From the NCBI GenBank assembly GCA_900128585.1, contig LT642204.1, positions 1-34,359 of the forward strand: a stretch of DNA of 34,359 nucleotides, in the 5' to 3' direction. The DNA is from Stramenopiles sp. TOSAG23-3. Lineage: Eukaryota. The translations under genes were made by a program, and so were the position numbers. This document shows, piece after piece, positions 16,740-27,339 of this stretch (positions within the stretch are counted from its first letter, which is position 1; every line of letters starts with the position of its first letter). The notes below the pieces were generated by a model. The model made no database searches, had not been told where the DNA came from, and saw only the letters and a list, made by a program, of their open reading frames with translations.

Positions 16740-19403
16740 TTAAGAAGGTGAGTCGGTAGGTTTCGGGTTTACGCTTTCGCCCGCAAAACCTTCCGCAAGA
16801 ACTTCGCCATAGTAATACGTATAGTACTTGCTGTAGTATTCGGCGAAGTAGCTGGAATAGTAATCTTTTTCGTAATCGCCTTTTGTCGATTGAAAACACA
16901 AATTGCAGTATATTTTCTGCGTGCGGCAGTAGTGGCAATAGTAATCGTCTTTAGGCCTTCTTGTCAAAGCTTGGCCTAGAGTGGCAGTCAGAATGTGAGT
17001 AACAATCGGCACGACTTTTTCCGTAATTTCTCGAGTATTTTTTCGCAGCAACGATCGGGACATTGTAGCCGATAAGGAGGAAGACAAATCTTCCGTAAGT
17101 CCGTTCGTTAACTCCTCTGTCATCATAAGGTTAGATTCTCGAAATACGCTGCTCTCGATTGCGGCCTTCAGTCCCTTAGAAGTTTCTTCTACCATGCGGT
17201 CCATCGCAACCATCATTGCTTCATCAACAATTGTGGTTTGCAAAACTTCCCCGGAAAGTCTGCCTTGTCCCATTTTTTTTACCTCGTGAGCGGGCGATGC
17301 GTGGGGCTCTTTCTTGTACGGTCCAGCAGTATCAATGCGAGAGTCATCTTGCTGAACCAATTCCCCTGTTTCAAAGGCACTGCATTCGTAACCCTTTAGG
17401 GATTGTGAGTGCACGTCATCAATACAAAGACCTTCTTCGGCACCGCCTTCAATTCGAACGCACCACACACACGCTGCATTGTAAATACCGGTTTTATTAT
17501 TTGATTCATATTTATTGCGAGCAATTTCACAGTTGCCTCTGGTAAGAGCTTTGTCGCAACTCGCTCCCTTGCCCTTCATCCCGCCATTTCCAATTTCCAA
17601 CAAGGAAAGGGGACTGTTTTTTATTTCTTCCCCGGCGCTATCCGGGTCAAGGCGAACCAACTCAGCCTTCAAACGTTTCAACACGCCTACAGACATGTCC
17701 GCGGTGCCCTCGCCAATGCTTTGTCGCGCATTTCGTATTTGCTCTAAACTCTTTTCTAGCTTCTCTATTAGCGGGCTTTTTCCACTGGACTTTGGCAATG
17801 GTTTCGGAGACTCAGCCTCTGGCAAGGGATTTTCCCCTCTTTCCAGACGCTCTGCGTTTAGAGCACTGCGATATGCCGTTTCGTACGCCTTCTCCACGCC
17901 TGGGTCATTGGTGTCCGGCCCCTGGGCAAATTTGATGCATGCGGCAACAGACTCGGGGGTGTGAGGCTCCAAACAAGGATCGGGTTGTTTTACCTTCTTC
18001 TTCTCAGGTTCAGGCATTGGTGTTTCAGGGTCTATCTTTAACGGAGTCACTTTGGGTAAAAAAATTGGATCATTCTTCTGCCATCTCCATCTCTTGGGTT
18101 TTTCTAGCTTGACCTTTTCCAAGTTCTTTAAAAACTTGCTGCGTGCGCTTCGCAATTTTTCGCTTACTTTTTCCACAAAGCTGTACAAAATTTCCTGTCC
18201 TCTTGCTGATTTAGGGGTCTCAGCAGCAAGCAGTCTACGGCGCCTTTTTCGCCCCTTTAGCGTCACTTTGTTTATTGTCGTGGGGGGAAGCATTACCATT
18301 TCCACGGCTTCAGTAGTTAGCTCTTGGCTTTTTATGTACGGCTGTTTCGAAAGCTTGGTTAAAAACGAGGTGACTTCATGATCAAGAATTTCTTTGAATC
18401 CGTCCTTGGCTTGATCGTCTAGACGCGCGACAAGTTCCATTCTTTCGCCTACTTGCATCATTGAGTACAGCCCAGGGAAACTGAACCAATGCTGCGGAAA
18501 CATGGTGTTGTCCTCCATTCTGGTGTTTTTCTCACGAAAATCCTTTTCCCATCGCTGCAAATTGCCGTCCCTATCTCCGTATACTGGGTGTGATGATATT
18601 ATGCCGTGTCGAGGACTATAATGCTCTTCGTGGTGTTTTGCATCGGGCTTGGCTTCTTCGCGATACCTGTGGATCTTTAAATTACTCAGCTTTGCGGTGG
18701 AGACGTTAGGGAGAATCCTAGTCGTGGTAGAAATTATTTCATTCTCTGAGCCCGACAGAAACCCGTGGGTATGCCAGTCTTGGCTGTTTTTGTCTAAAAA
18801 CTGGAGAGAACAACTGTGCAAGTCTTCCGCGCACACACCACTGTGGCAAAATCTGGAATGGTGCGAATCCGTATTTTCAAAAAGTAGAAATGTTGCATAC
18901 CTGTTGGCCGCAGAGGAATGCTGCCGGTAAACGCTTTTCCGAATAACTTCGGTCACCCTTTGGAGTCTCTGATTCTTAATTTTGGTATGCGGACCAAGGG
19001 GAATAAGAAAATCGGGGAATAATTTGTGCGGGTTTGCTCGCATAAACTTAGTGCCAGAACCCCCCACTCCGTGGTGAGGGTGTGAGTCAATCAAAACGTG
19101 GCCATTAAGGCAGCTTAAGCGAGTCAATCCTAGCAGGGCATTTGCTTCGCCGTCAAACATTTCCCAACGCTTCTTACGAAAATACAGTGGTTGGTCAAAG
19201 TCTACCATCCATACTGCAGCTAATACGTTCCGCCTTTGTTTCGCATTGTGACGCAAGGGAACCATAAAATTTTCTAGCTTAAAGTCAGTCTTTATTATTT
19301 GAGGCGGGTTTGCCTCTGTGAGACACAGTAACAGGGATGCAAGGACTAGCACAAAACACTTGCTTATCACCACTCCCTCTGTTTTCTTAGTTAACTTTGC
19401 CAT
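16740..19403 (-). CDS. Uncharacterised secreted protein with a small Cys-rich module and a C-terminal CxxC...CxxC plus Tyr-rich segment
   Basis: 887 aa from ATG 19403. Signal-like CFVLVLASLLLCLTEA; ACVWCV...GLCI module; YYCHYCRTQKIYCNLC followed by DYYSSYFAEYYSKYYTYYYG. Confidence 0.75.
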   Translation of the reverse strand: MAKLTKKTEGVVISKCFVLVLASLLLCLTEANPPQIIKTDFKLENFMVPLRHNAKQRRNVLAAVWMVDFDQPLYFRKKRWEMFDGEANALLGLTRLSCLNGHVLIDSHPHHGVGGSGTKFMRANPHKLFPDFLIPLGPHTKIKNQRLQRVTEVIRKSVYRQHSSAANRYATFLLFENTDSHHSRFCHSGVCAEDLHSCSLQFLDKNSQDWHTHGFLSGSENEIISTTTRILPNVSTAKLSNLKIHRYREEAKPDAKHHEEHYSPRHGIISSHPVYGDRDGNLQRWEKDFREKNTRMEDNTMFPQHWFSFPGLYSMMQVGERMELVARLDDQAKDGFKEILDHEVTSFLTKLSKQPYIKSQELTTEAVEMVMLPPTTINKVTLKGRKRRRRLLAAETPKSARGQEILYSFVEKVSEKLRSARSKFLKNLEKVKLEKPKRWRWQKNDPIFLPKVTPLKIDPETPMPEPEKKKVKQPDPCLEPHTPESVAACIKFAQGPDTNDPGVEKAYETAYRSALNAERLERGENPLPEAESPKPLPKSSGKSPLIEKLEKSLEQIRNARQSIGEGTADMSVGVLKRLKAELVRLDPDSAGEEIKNSPLSLLEIGNGGMKGKGASCDKALTRGNCEIARNKYESNNKTGIYNAACVWCVRIEGGAEEGLCIDDVHSQSLKGYECSAFETGELVQQDDSRIDTAGPYKKEPHASPAHEVKKMGQGRLSGEVLQTTIVDEAMMVAMDRMVEETSKGLKAAIESSVFRESNLMMTEELTNGLTEDLSSSLSATMSRSLLRKNTREITEKVVPIVTHILTATLGQALTRRPKDDYYCHYCRTQKIYCNLCFQSTKGDYEKDYYSSYFAEYYSKYYTYYYGEVLAEGFAGESVNPKPTDSPS

Positions 19404-19714
19404 GCTACACACGGACCAGTCCAAAGAATCAAAAGTGAAAAAAGATTCTTAGCTATAAAAAAATATGTGATTCCAAATGGGGGATTGCGCCTTTATAATC
19501 TCCAGTCTTCCGGTTGCTGGTAGTTGCCAAACCGTTATGTGAAATTAGATCTACTATTGCTCTTTCTTGTGTATATTCTTACTGCTGAAAACAAGACTAA
19601 TAATAAAACGTAAAAAGAAGAAGAAGAAATGTGGTTAGTTGTTTCTCTAATAAAAATACGTACAACAGGGCCTGTATTTATATTTTATTTAATTTAAATT
19701 AATAACAGTGAAAG

Positions 19715-19716
<2 letters not shown>

Positions 19717-19750
<34 letters not shown>
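19717..19750. repeat. Poly-C homopolymer (34 nt)
   Basis: Directly visible. Confidence 0.9.
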
Positions 19751-20586
19751 TTTTTGGAGCGATGGATTCATAGACACTATGTACTGCCATCTGCCATGAT
19801 TTAGAAACTCCTATAATAAAGAGTTTAACATAGTACGAATTTATGTAGTCTAATTAATAATTACATTTCATTGCAGTCATTTTTCCTGTTGGTATACTTT
19901 ACCGTCCTGTTAAGTACTATGTATTTATAGTCTAATAATATTTTAATAGGGGGAAATTATGTAATAAAATTACACATCACACACCACGGCAGTTGGAATT
20001 TTGATGATGATCGACTGCGGCTTCTACTTCTACGTATTCTACTCAGAACTCAGAGATGACGACGTACGAGTAGACGACTGTATTAATGTACAATACCGAT
20101 ATAGGCGATATAGGTACAGACAGGTATTAAAACTAAAATAGACGACTAATAAGCAAATAGCAAATAAAAATAAAAGAGGCAGCAGCAAGAAAGCAAAAAA
20201 ACAAAAAACAACATAAGCTTATTACAGCAGAAAATAGCTAAGAAGAAAGAAAGAAAGAAAGAAAAGAGAAAAATGATGGATGTAGTAGAAGAAGAAAAGA
20301 GGATGGACCACGCACGAGGAGGAGAGAAGAAGAAGGAAGGAGAAGAAAACTGATATAATAGACAGACTAACTAACAACGGCCAATTTGAAATTTCACAGG
20401 CTGTTTTTAATTTAATGCCTCACAAACTAAAGAAAAAAAGAATTTCAAGTTTGATACATAACCCAAGTTAATTAGAGCTAATGTGGTTGGGCTATCCACT
20501 ATTGTAACCTCAAGTTGAACAAAGAAGCACTTGCAGTACCCCATTGAGTATTGTCCAGGGCTTATTGGACTCGGCAGTACCTCGCG

Positions 20587-23181
20587 ATGAGCGGTAAGTT
20601 TGCCAAAGACCTCAAGGCGAAAGGGAAAAAACAGTACACAGAAACCTTGAATGATTTAAATGAAGACGCGCAAGCAGACAGAGATGAACTTGTTCGGAAC
20701 TTGACGGATCTTCTTGAGGAATACAAACTGTTGGATCCCACGCCAGAAGAGTTGGAACTTAGTCACAAGCGACAGGAGAAAGTTTTCATAGACAACAAAA
20801 AGGCGTTTTGGGCCACTTTCTTCGGATCCATTATTCTGGCCTTGCTTATACTGTCCAACTTTAGTCAAGCCGCAAACCCAGACATGACGCACATTGGGAG
20901 AGTTTCAAAATATGACCCAACGAAACTAACGACCCATTACAATAAATTAGAGCTTTTTTGGCAATTTCGAAAGCTAGAAAATGTTACTGATCGAATTCCA
21001 CCGGACAGGAGAGCTGAGGAGCTGGAGCCCTGCGGAAGCACTGCTGGTGGTAAGTGGCCGAATTGTCTTTCACGTTGTCTTGAATCGTCTGAATGCTCGC
21101 TAGAAGAAAACTATTTTTTAGACTGCTTTCCTACATGTCCGCAAATTGAATTATCTGGGCAACTGGACGCAAGGTTTTACATTAAGCGGTACTCTTCGTC
21201 CAATGCGAAGGGGTATTTTAAGCAGCAAATCGAAATTTTGGAAAACCAGGCGGAGATCGAGGTCTGGGAAAAACTTTGCAAACTGGACGCGGATGGTTCG
21301 TGCACAGATTTGACTTACATGACCAACAAAGGCACGGCTAGGGTCTACATGGAGGCGTGCGATGTTCCGTTGGATACCACGATTTTGCTTTTGGCATTAT
21401 CGTTCCTGATGTTAGCAGTCCCTTCCTACAATAGAATCCAGGCAGAAAACAAGATGCTGAAAGAGTACATGAGAAATCATCAATTAGAAGATATCTCTCC
21501 ATTGACAGCTGGGGAACAATTTTGCAAACGTTCCCAATCTTATGCCCTGTTTCTCATTTTGGTAGTGTTTGTTTGGCATGTCATAAACATGATTAGTGTA
21601 GAAACTTGCCGTTACAAACAACCGGAGCTGTACAATGTAGGCATGGTCATCATATACGCTGTCTGTTGTGCATCCCTGCTTTACGTTTTGTTCTTTACGT
21701 ACGGATCGACCAACGGAAGACAGGGGTACAAGTTGTCTCGAACTGGCATTGCTATTGTCTGCTCTGTGACGTTCCTATTCCCCTTCTATGAGGCAGTATT
21801 TTTTCTTAACCATACCATTTGCATCATAAAAGAGCCACCAGAAGGTATCACGGCGCGAGGGTGCACTTGGATCTTGTACCCAATCGGGACCCAACTTTTG
21901 TTCGTGTTTGTGGGAATGGCAGCAAGTGCCACTTCCAACCGACTGTACATGATGCGTTTGTACTCATTTTTTAAATTGACATGCGTGGCCTCCGCAATTT
22001 TAATTACCCCGTACCTACTGCTGTTCATGAATGTACTGATGGATCCTGATCTGACAGAGAACTATTTGACCGTCTCTCGGGACCAGTACTGTTTTCAGAA
22101 GAATTTTCCAGAGTGGCCAAAGGAGACTGCCACGGGGCGCTGGGATGATAAGCGTACCCCTGAGGCAAAGTACGTGGTCAACAAAGACGGAAAGGAGACA
22201 TTGGCGCGCCCCAGTGACTACGACTTATCGATTAAAGGCTCTTGCATGCCCCATGGTATACAACCTTGGGATATCTTTCAGATTTGCAACGAGGGCATGG
22301 AACAGTTTGTTAACTACACACTGTCGAAGGACCCGAATAAAAAAAAGCCTTTTATTTTGACTTATGACCTAAGATTTCAAATGTTCTCCTGCAGGTTGTG
22401 CAAGACGACGAAAAGCTGCTCAGACTCGGGTACAGCCATATTTAAGCAAGACGGAAACATTTCAAATCAGAATGCCATTATCTGTACGCTCAGTCTGTAT
22501 TCTTCAATCATGGGGTACATTTTTGCGCTTAGTATTTTGCGGAGCATTAAGAAAGAATTGGCGAGCAAGCAAAAGAAAGCCGACGAATCGTTCAAACAAA
22601 GGTTGAAGATAACCTTAGGGTGCCGACCAAGCGAAATCAGGTGGCGGGAAGAGCTTGGGCTTCCCCACCAGTGGCAAATTTCCGACGAGGAATTTTTTTG
22701 GGAACAATATTTTCGTGTAGTGTACGATTGGCGCCCAGACAATTTATCGTGGAGAAACGCGATTACAAGCACAGCAGAGTGGCGCAGTTTCGCTGTGTAC
22801 GGTACTGAGGCTGCGCGGTCCAAAGCAAGGGAGAGAGTTTTCAGGCAATACATAGAAGGGGTAATGGCATTCGCCATCGTCGACAGCACCGCCAATAGGA
22901 ATTGGGAAAAGCTGCAGCCAGCAAAAGGTCCAGTAATGCCCCTTGAGAAGAAGAAAATGAAGACATTGCAAGCTGAATATTCCGCCAAGTACAACAAGAG
23001 GTGGAACAGGGGGAAACAAAAAGACTTTGAACACAAGGAGAGGGCAAAGCGAATCCTGGTGGAAAAAGAGGCTGGCAAAAAGTCAACATCAAGGAAAGAA
23101 TTCGATTCTGGAATGGATGGCGAGTTTGATGAGAAAAAAGATTTATTGGGAGAAGATAGTAAGAAGAAAGCCATGGTGTAA
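20587..23181 (+). CDS. Uncharacterised multi-pass membrane protein with two Cys-rich extracellular regions
   Basis: 864 aa from ATG 20587 with about 8 hydrophobic segments. Cys-rich loops follow TM1 and precede the last TM. The C-terminus is charged. Confidence 0.75.
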   Translation: MSGKFAKDLKAKGKKQYTETLNDLNEDAQADRDELVRNLTDLLEEYKLLDPTPEELELSHKRQEKVFIDNKKAFWATFFGSIILALLILSNFSQAANPDMTHIGRVSKYDPTKLTTHYNKLELFWQFRKLENVTDRIPPDRRAEELEPCGSTAGGKWPNCLSRCLESSECSLEENYFLDCFPTCPQIELSGQLDARFYIKRYSSSNAKGYFKQQIEILENQAEIEVWEKLCKLDADGSCTDLTYMTNKGTARVYMEACDVPLDTTILLLALSFLMLAVPSYNRIQAENKMLKEYMRNHQLEDISPLTAGEQFCKRSQSYALFLILVVFVWHVINMISVETCRYKQPELYNVGMVIIYAVCCASLLYVLFFTYGSTNGRQGYKLSRTGIAIVCSVTFLFPFYEAVFFLNHTICIIKEPPEGITARGCTWILYPIGTQLLFVFVGMAASATSNRLYMMRLYSFFKLTCVASAILITPYLLLFMNVLMDPDLTENYLTVSRDQYCFQKNFPEWPKETATGRWDDKRTPEAKYVVNKDGKETLARPSDYDLSIKGSCMPHGIQPWDIFQICNEGMEQFVNYTLSKDPNKKKPFILTYDLRFQMFSCRLCKTTKSCSDSGTAIFKQDGNISNQNAIICTLSLYSSIMGYIFALSILRSIKKELASKQKKADESFKQRLKITLGCRPSEIRWREELGLPHQWQISDEEFFWEQYFRVVYDWRPDNLSWRNAITSTAEWRSFAVYGTEAARSKARERVFRQYIEGVMAFAIVDSTANRNWEKLQPAKGPVMPLEKKKMKTLQAEYSAKYNKRWNRGKQKDFEHKERAKRILVEKEAGKKSTSRKEFDSGMDGEFDEKKDLLGEDSKKKAMV

Positions 23182-23725
23182 AATACATTGCTGTGTTCGA
23201 TCTTCTCTCCTCCATTATTTCGCTATTATTACATCACTAGATCGTATTTCCATTAAACCTACCATCAAATAATCGGCGCCGGCATCATGGACGTTTTAAT
23301 ATTAATTAATTAATAAACGAAATATAATACAGTACAGTAATAATAATAATAAAAAAAGTTTTATTTTTTTTTTAATAATTACTCCTCCTCTTCTTCTTCT
23401 TCGTCGTATTATTATATATAAAAAATACGTGATAATAGTATTAATACTGTGTAGTATTTCGATTTCCTCCTCCTCCTTCTTCCTGTTGCTTTTTTGTTCA
23501 TCAAGATTCAAACCACCTATTCGAATTTTATTTTGCTTATTGATTTCAAAGCGTTTGGAATCGTAAACGAATCTAGTACGATCCGGTGCGCCCAAGAATA
23601 CAGTTTAAACGAATGTGTTCTGAAAAGACAGTCCTCTGTGATCTAAACCCAAGCCTTTGGAGGAGTGTTTGCTAGGGCCCAGTTGCGTATTTTCTTTTAA
23701 CGAGAGTGGGGTGGGTGTCTATGCT

Positions 23726-23935
23726 ATGGGAGCGGGCGCAAGTAGTTCAAAAAGTGACAACAGAAGAAATTTTCCCAAAGATCAGCCGCCCGGCAAATAC
23801 GCAAATTTGACGCTGGACAGTTTTGAAACGAGCGACACGCAGTTTCGGTTGCTTTCCCAAATTAAGAACAAGGGATACTTAGAGGCGCGGCGATCCCCAA
23901 AAGCTTTGGATAAAAAGACACACCCGAGCTCGTAG
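23726..23935 (+). CDS. Short ORF starting MGAGASS (N-myristoylation-type start); probable first exon or 5' part of the adjacent SET gene
   Basis: ATG GGA GCG GGC GCA AGT at 23726; it stops (TAG) 4 nt before the ATG of the SET ORF. Confidence 0.45.
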   Translation: MGAGASSSKSDNRRNFPKDQPPGKYANLTLDSFETSDTQFRLLSQIKNKGYLEARRSPKALDKKTHPSS

Positions 23936-23939
23936 CAAC

Positions 23940-24476
23940 ATGCAAGCGAAGCAAATGTTCCTTTACGATGAGGGCTTCGCCGCCCTCTCACTGTACTCTG
24001 GCAGAACAGCACCACGCCTAATGGTCAAACAAAGCGACTTAGGTGCTGTTGTTGGTGATGGTTTGTTCGCTGCCCAGCCAATAGCTGGCCCAGGCGTACA
24101 TTTATGCGACTATTCTGGAACGTGCTACTCCACGAAGGACGCTATGGCAAAGAAAGATCACTCCTACCTCATGCGCCTAGGAACGCGGAAATACGTTGAT
24201 GCTTTCGAACACACTAACGTGCTTGCTCGTTTCATTAACGATTGCAGGAATCCTGCGTTGCATAATGTAAAATTTGTAAAGTTGCCGGAGTTGAACAAAG
24301 CCAAGGTCGTCACACTTCGCCCAATCTTAACAGGAGAAGAATTGTATGTTGATTATGGAAAATGGTACTGGGCCGGCTTTTCTGGAAAACCAAAAAAATT
24401 GTCTATTAAGAGCACGTGCGACTTGCTGGAAAAAGTGGAGCATTTGCTCAAGCTGCGGGATCAGGACAGCCTGTAA
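23940..24476 (+). CDS. Small SET-domain lysine methyltransferase
   Basis: GDGLFAAQPI, CDYSG, YLMRL...YVDA, LARFINDC (D in place of the usual H), RPILTGEELYVDYG. Confidence 0.85.
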   Translation: MQAKQMFLYDEGFAALSLYSGRTAPRLMVKQSDLGAVVGDGLFAAQPIAGPGVHLCDYSGTCYSTKDAMAKKDHSYLMRLGTRKYVDAFEHTNVLARFINDCRNPALHNVKFVKLPELNKAKVVTLRPILTGEELYVDYGKWYWAGFSGKPKKLSIKSTCDLLEKVEHLLKLRDQDSL

Positions 24477-24750
24477 GGGCCTGAGTACATTTTTGAGAAA
24501 CCTGCTTATAAAGTGTTTCGTGTGCTCCGGAGTTTTACGAAAAAATGTTTTGCGTTTTCATTTGTTATGACATTATCATTTTGGAAGGGCAAGCATTCAT
24601 TTTATGATAAACGCGTATACTTGTTTGAAAAATAACCCCTGTAATTCTGTACGAGTTTAAATTTGGACGAGTCTCCCTTTCGTCTCGCATGTGCTTTGTT
24701 CAATCTCTCTCCCGCGTGTTGTTCCTGGGTCTGTTCTCTAGCGTAGTATT

Positions 24751-25986
24751 TTATTTTTCTAAGTAATGCGCGTCTTCGTCGTGGTCAATTAGAATGTTTT
24801 CGTCATGCTCTTTGCTCTCTATTGCCGCGACGGCAAACATAGCACTCACGTTGTGCTCAAGCATTTGCTTCTTGTGTCGCAGTGTAGTCTTGATCCGTTC
24901 GTTCTCCAATTGCGAAGATTTGAGTTCGTCCTCAAACCTTTCTGCTTGTGACAGCAGTTCATGGTTTCTCTTCTGCAGCACAGATATTCTTTTTTCAAAA
25001 TTTTCAGAAAGAGTAGAGATGCGAGCATAGCATTTTCGGAGCCTTTCATTGGTTTTATTTTGACTCGACTTCATCTGGCGAATTGAGTGCTTCAAAATGT
25101 TTATCTGCCCATCCCTGTGCTTCAGCTTGGCCTCAAATTTTTGCACCAAAGCTTTTTTTTCTTCGTTGCTTTGGAATAGCTTTTGCTTGCATTTATCCAT
25201 GCATAGTTTTAATTCAAGGGCGTACAGACTGGAGGATTGTTCTGTCGTATTCTCTTCCGAGTCGCAGACGGTTAATTGCTTAGGGGTTTTGAGAGACTCA
25301 AAAATGTCTTTGGAATTGTGAAAATCGTCTTTTTCTTCGGCGGAGAAGGCTGGCGAGCCAGCAGTAAACCGAAGCAACCTGTCGGTTGACGGACCGGAGG
25401 TCCTTCGATTGAGCTGTCCCGTGCGAGCCACTTCGAATGAATCATTCAGGGGTTGTTCCTGCTTTCTGCGTTTCCCGTTGACTGCATCTGATGATTTAGC
25501 TTTGGGCTTTGAAATGGTGCCTCCAAAAAAGCAACTTTCCTTCGTCCCTAACTTGGACCCCTTCGAGTGACGCGAGGCTCCCGTTTTTTCTTGGTGGTAA
25601 TCGTGTTGCTCCCGGTAATACTGCTGGCAAAAAAGTTTTAAGCCTGACCAATCCCCCTGAAACACCCGTCTGGTCTTCATGTTAGAACAGCTTCTTGCCG
25701 ACGCAGTATTCCATCCGATTAACTTTGCAATATGATTCCATCTGTGTGGTGCCATTGAGCTCACGTCCAAATTGAAGTCAGAAAGATATGCAATAGCAGT
25801 GGCCGGAACGTCATCACTTGCTGCCGCTTCTTTCGGCGAGTTGCTTCTGTCTATCCTTACATCGGGGCTGCCATACAAGCTAGGATCAATTTCATTCTCA
25901 GATTCATTTTCTTGCGATTCGCAAGGCGCATCTACTGTGCTGGGCATGAGAGCATTCGTTGATGCGTTAATATAAACGCGGGGCAT
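24751..25986 (-). CDS. Uncharacterised protein with a C-terminal coiled coil
   Basis: 411 aa from ATG 25986. The C-terminal third is heptad-rich in E/K/L/Q. A short RWNHIAKLIG segment lies near the N-terminus. Confidence 0.7.
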   Translation of the reverse strand: MPRVYINASTNALMPSTVDAPCESQENESENEIDPSLYGSPDVRIDRSNSPKEAAASDDVPATAIAYLSDFNLDVSSMAPHRWNHIAKLIGWNTASARSCSNMKTRRVFQGDWSGLKLFCQQYYREQHDYHQEKTGASRHSKGSKLGTKESCFFGGTISKPKAKSSDAVNGKRRKQEQPLNDSFEVARTGQLNRRTSGPSTDRLLRFTAGSPAFSAEEKDDFHNSKDIFESLKTPKQLTVCDSEENTTEQSSSLYALELKLCMDKCKQKLFQSNEEKKALVQKFEAKLKHRDGQINILKHSIRQMKSSQNKTNERLRKCYARISTLSENFEKRISVLQKRNHELLSQAERFEDELKSSQLENERIKTTLRHKKQMLEHNVSAMFAVAAIESKEHDENILIDHDEDAHYLEK

Positions 25987-26832
25987 GAGAGAGGAAAGAA
26001 CAGTAGTATGCCAGGTAACTTCCAATTCTTATGAAAGAAAGTTGTCAGTTTTCAATATATACGTAAGAAATTTGATTTTTGCTTTTGCTCTTGTTTGAAT
26101 GTAAAGCCTTTTCAATGATTTCTTTCTGTTTTTAGTTGATTTGTTGACCTTTCCTTTTTCGCGATTTATTAATGGATTACCGAAGTAACAACAAAAAAAA
26201 TAAAAATGGAGGAGGAAAAAAATAATTTTTTAATAATAGAAGAAGACGACTATTAATACTATCTAATAATGTTGAATAATAAATTTGTCTTTTTTATTTG
26301 ATAGGACTAATAATATTAATAATAGGACTAATACTGTAATAATTGTAATTAAAAAAGGTCATCATAATGTACATTGTAATTGTATTACATAGTCGTTCTA
26401 GTCTAGTAATAAAATATTATAGAATCAAAACATGAATGAATTAAATTCTTTTCCACAGTTCCACTGTATTACAATACCAACCGTACCCGGTATTAATAAT
26501 AATAAGTAAAACCTCCCTGATAAAATATTTTATCAATATTATAATATTATACTAACTAACTAAACAAACTAACCAATGGATTATAATAATATTACCGGTA
26601 TATGAATGATGATGGATGATGATGAAGGGGAAAAAAAAAGAGAAGAAAATAATTATTTCTTCTTCTCCTTCTGATACAGAAAGAATTTTTACTTACTACA
26701 TGATAACGAATTATGATATATTGAGTAAAGAAATAGTACGCTGTGTCAAGAGCGACGAGATTAAACCGTTATCTTTTTGTGTGCGGATATATGCAAACCA
26801 TCAAGTGAACCTTGAAGGAAGTTGATGCAAAA

Positions 26833-27339
26833 ATGAAATCAAAATGGCAGTTGGAAAATAAAACGGAAGGGCAAGAGTGGTTCCGTAATGAAGGGAAAGG
26901 GTTGGCAGCAAACCAGACGGGGATTGTCTATATGAATCCATTGAACAGCCGATTGTCTACTGAATCGAAAATACAATCAATGACATTGAACTTATCTTCA
27001 AGGGCAAAATCTATACAAGCATGGGTTACATCTCCCCTCTGTGCGTGCTTAGGGATTCTTGCCATGTATGTTTCTTTTGTCTTATTTATGTCACAAAAAA
27101 TGGTGGACGGTCTGAACAAGCCCAACTCTGTCTTGCATTTATTCGTTTCTTTTGTATTTTTATTGGTCACCATTTTTCAGATAGCTGCTTTGAAGTTGAC
27201 TTCCTTTGTTCAGCCATCTCGAAAAGGGAGAAAATTGGAGAGCAGAGCATTATTCGCAGCTTTGCTTTTCACCAGCATTGTTCTTATGGTACTCTTAGTT
27301 GCACCTTCAAGTTGCAATGATTGCCCCGTTGAAGGGTAA
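26833..27339 (+). CDS. Three-TM membrane ORF; probably the 5' part of a gene continued in another frame
   Basis: ATG 26833; three hydrophobic segments; the last 41 nt overlap the next ORF. Confidence 0.5.
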   Translation: MKSKWQLENKTEGQEWFRNEGKGLAANQTGIVYMNPLNSRLSTESKIQSMTLNLSSRAKSIQAWVTSPLCACLGILAMYVSFVLFMSQKMVDGLNKPNSVLHLFVSFVFLLVTIFQIAALKLTSFVQPSRKGRKLESRALFAALLFTSIVLMVLLVAPSSCNDCPVEG

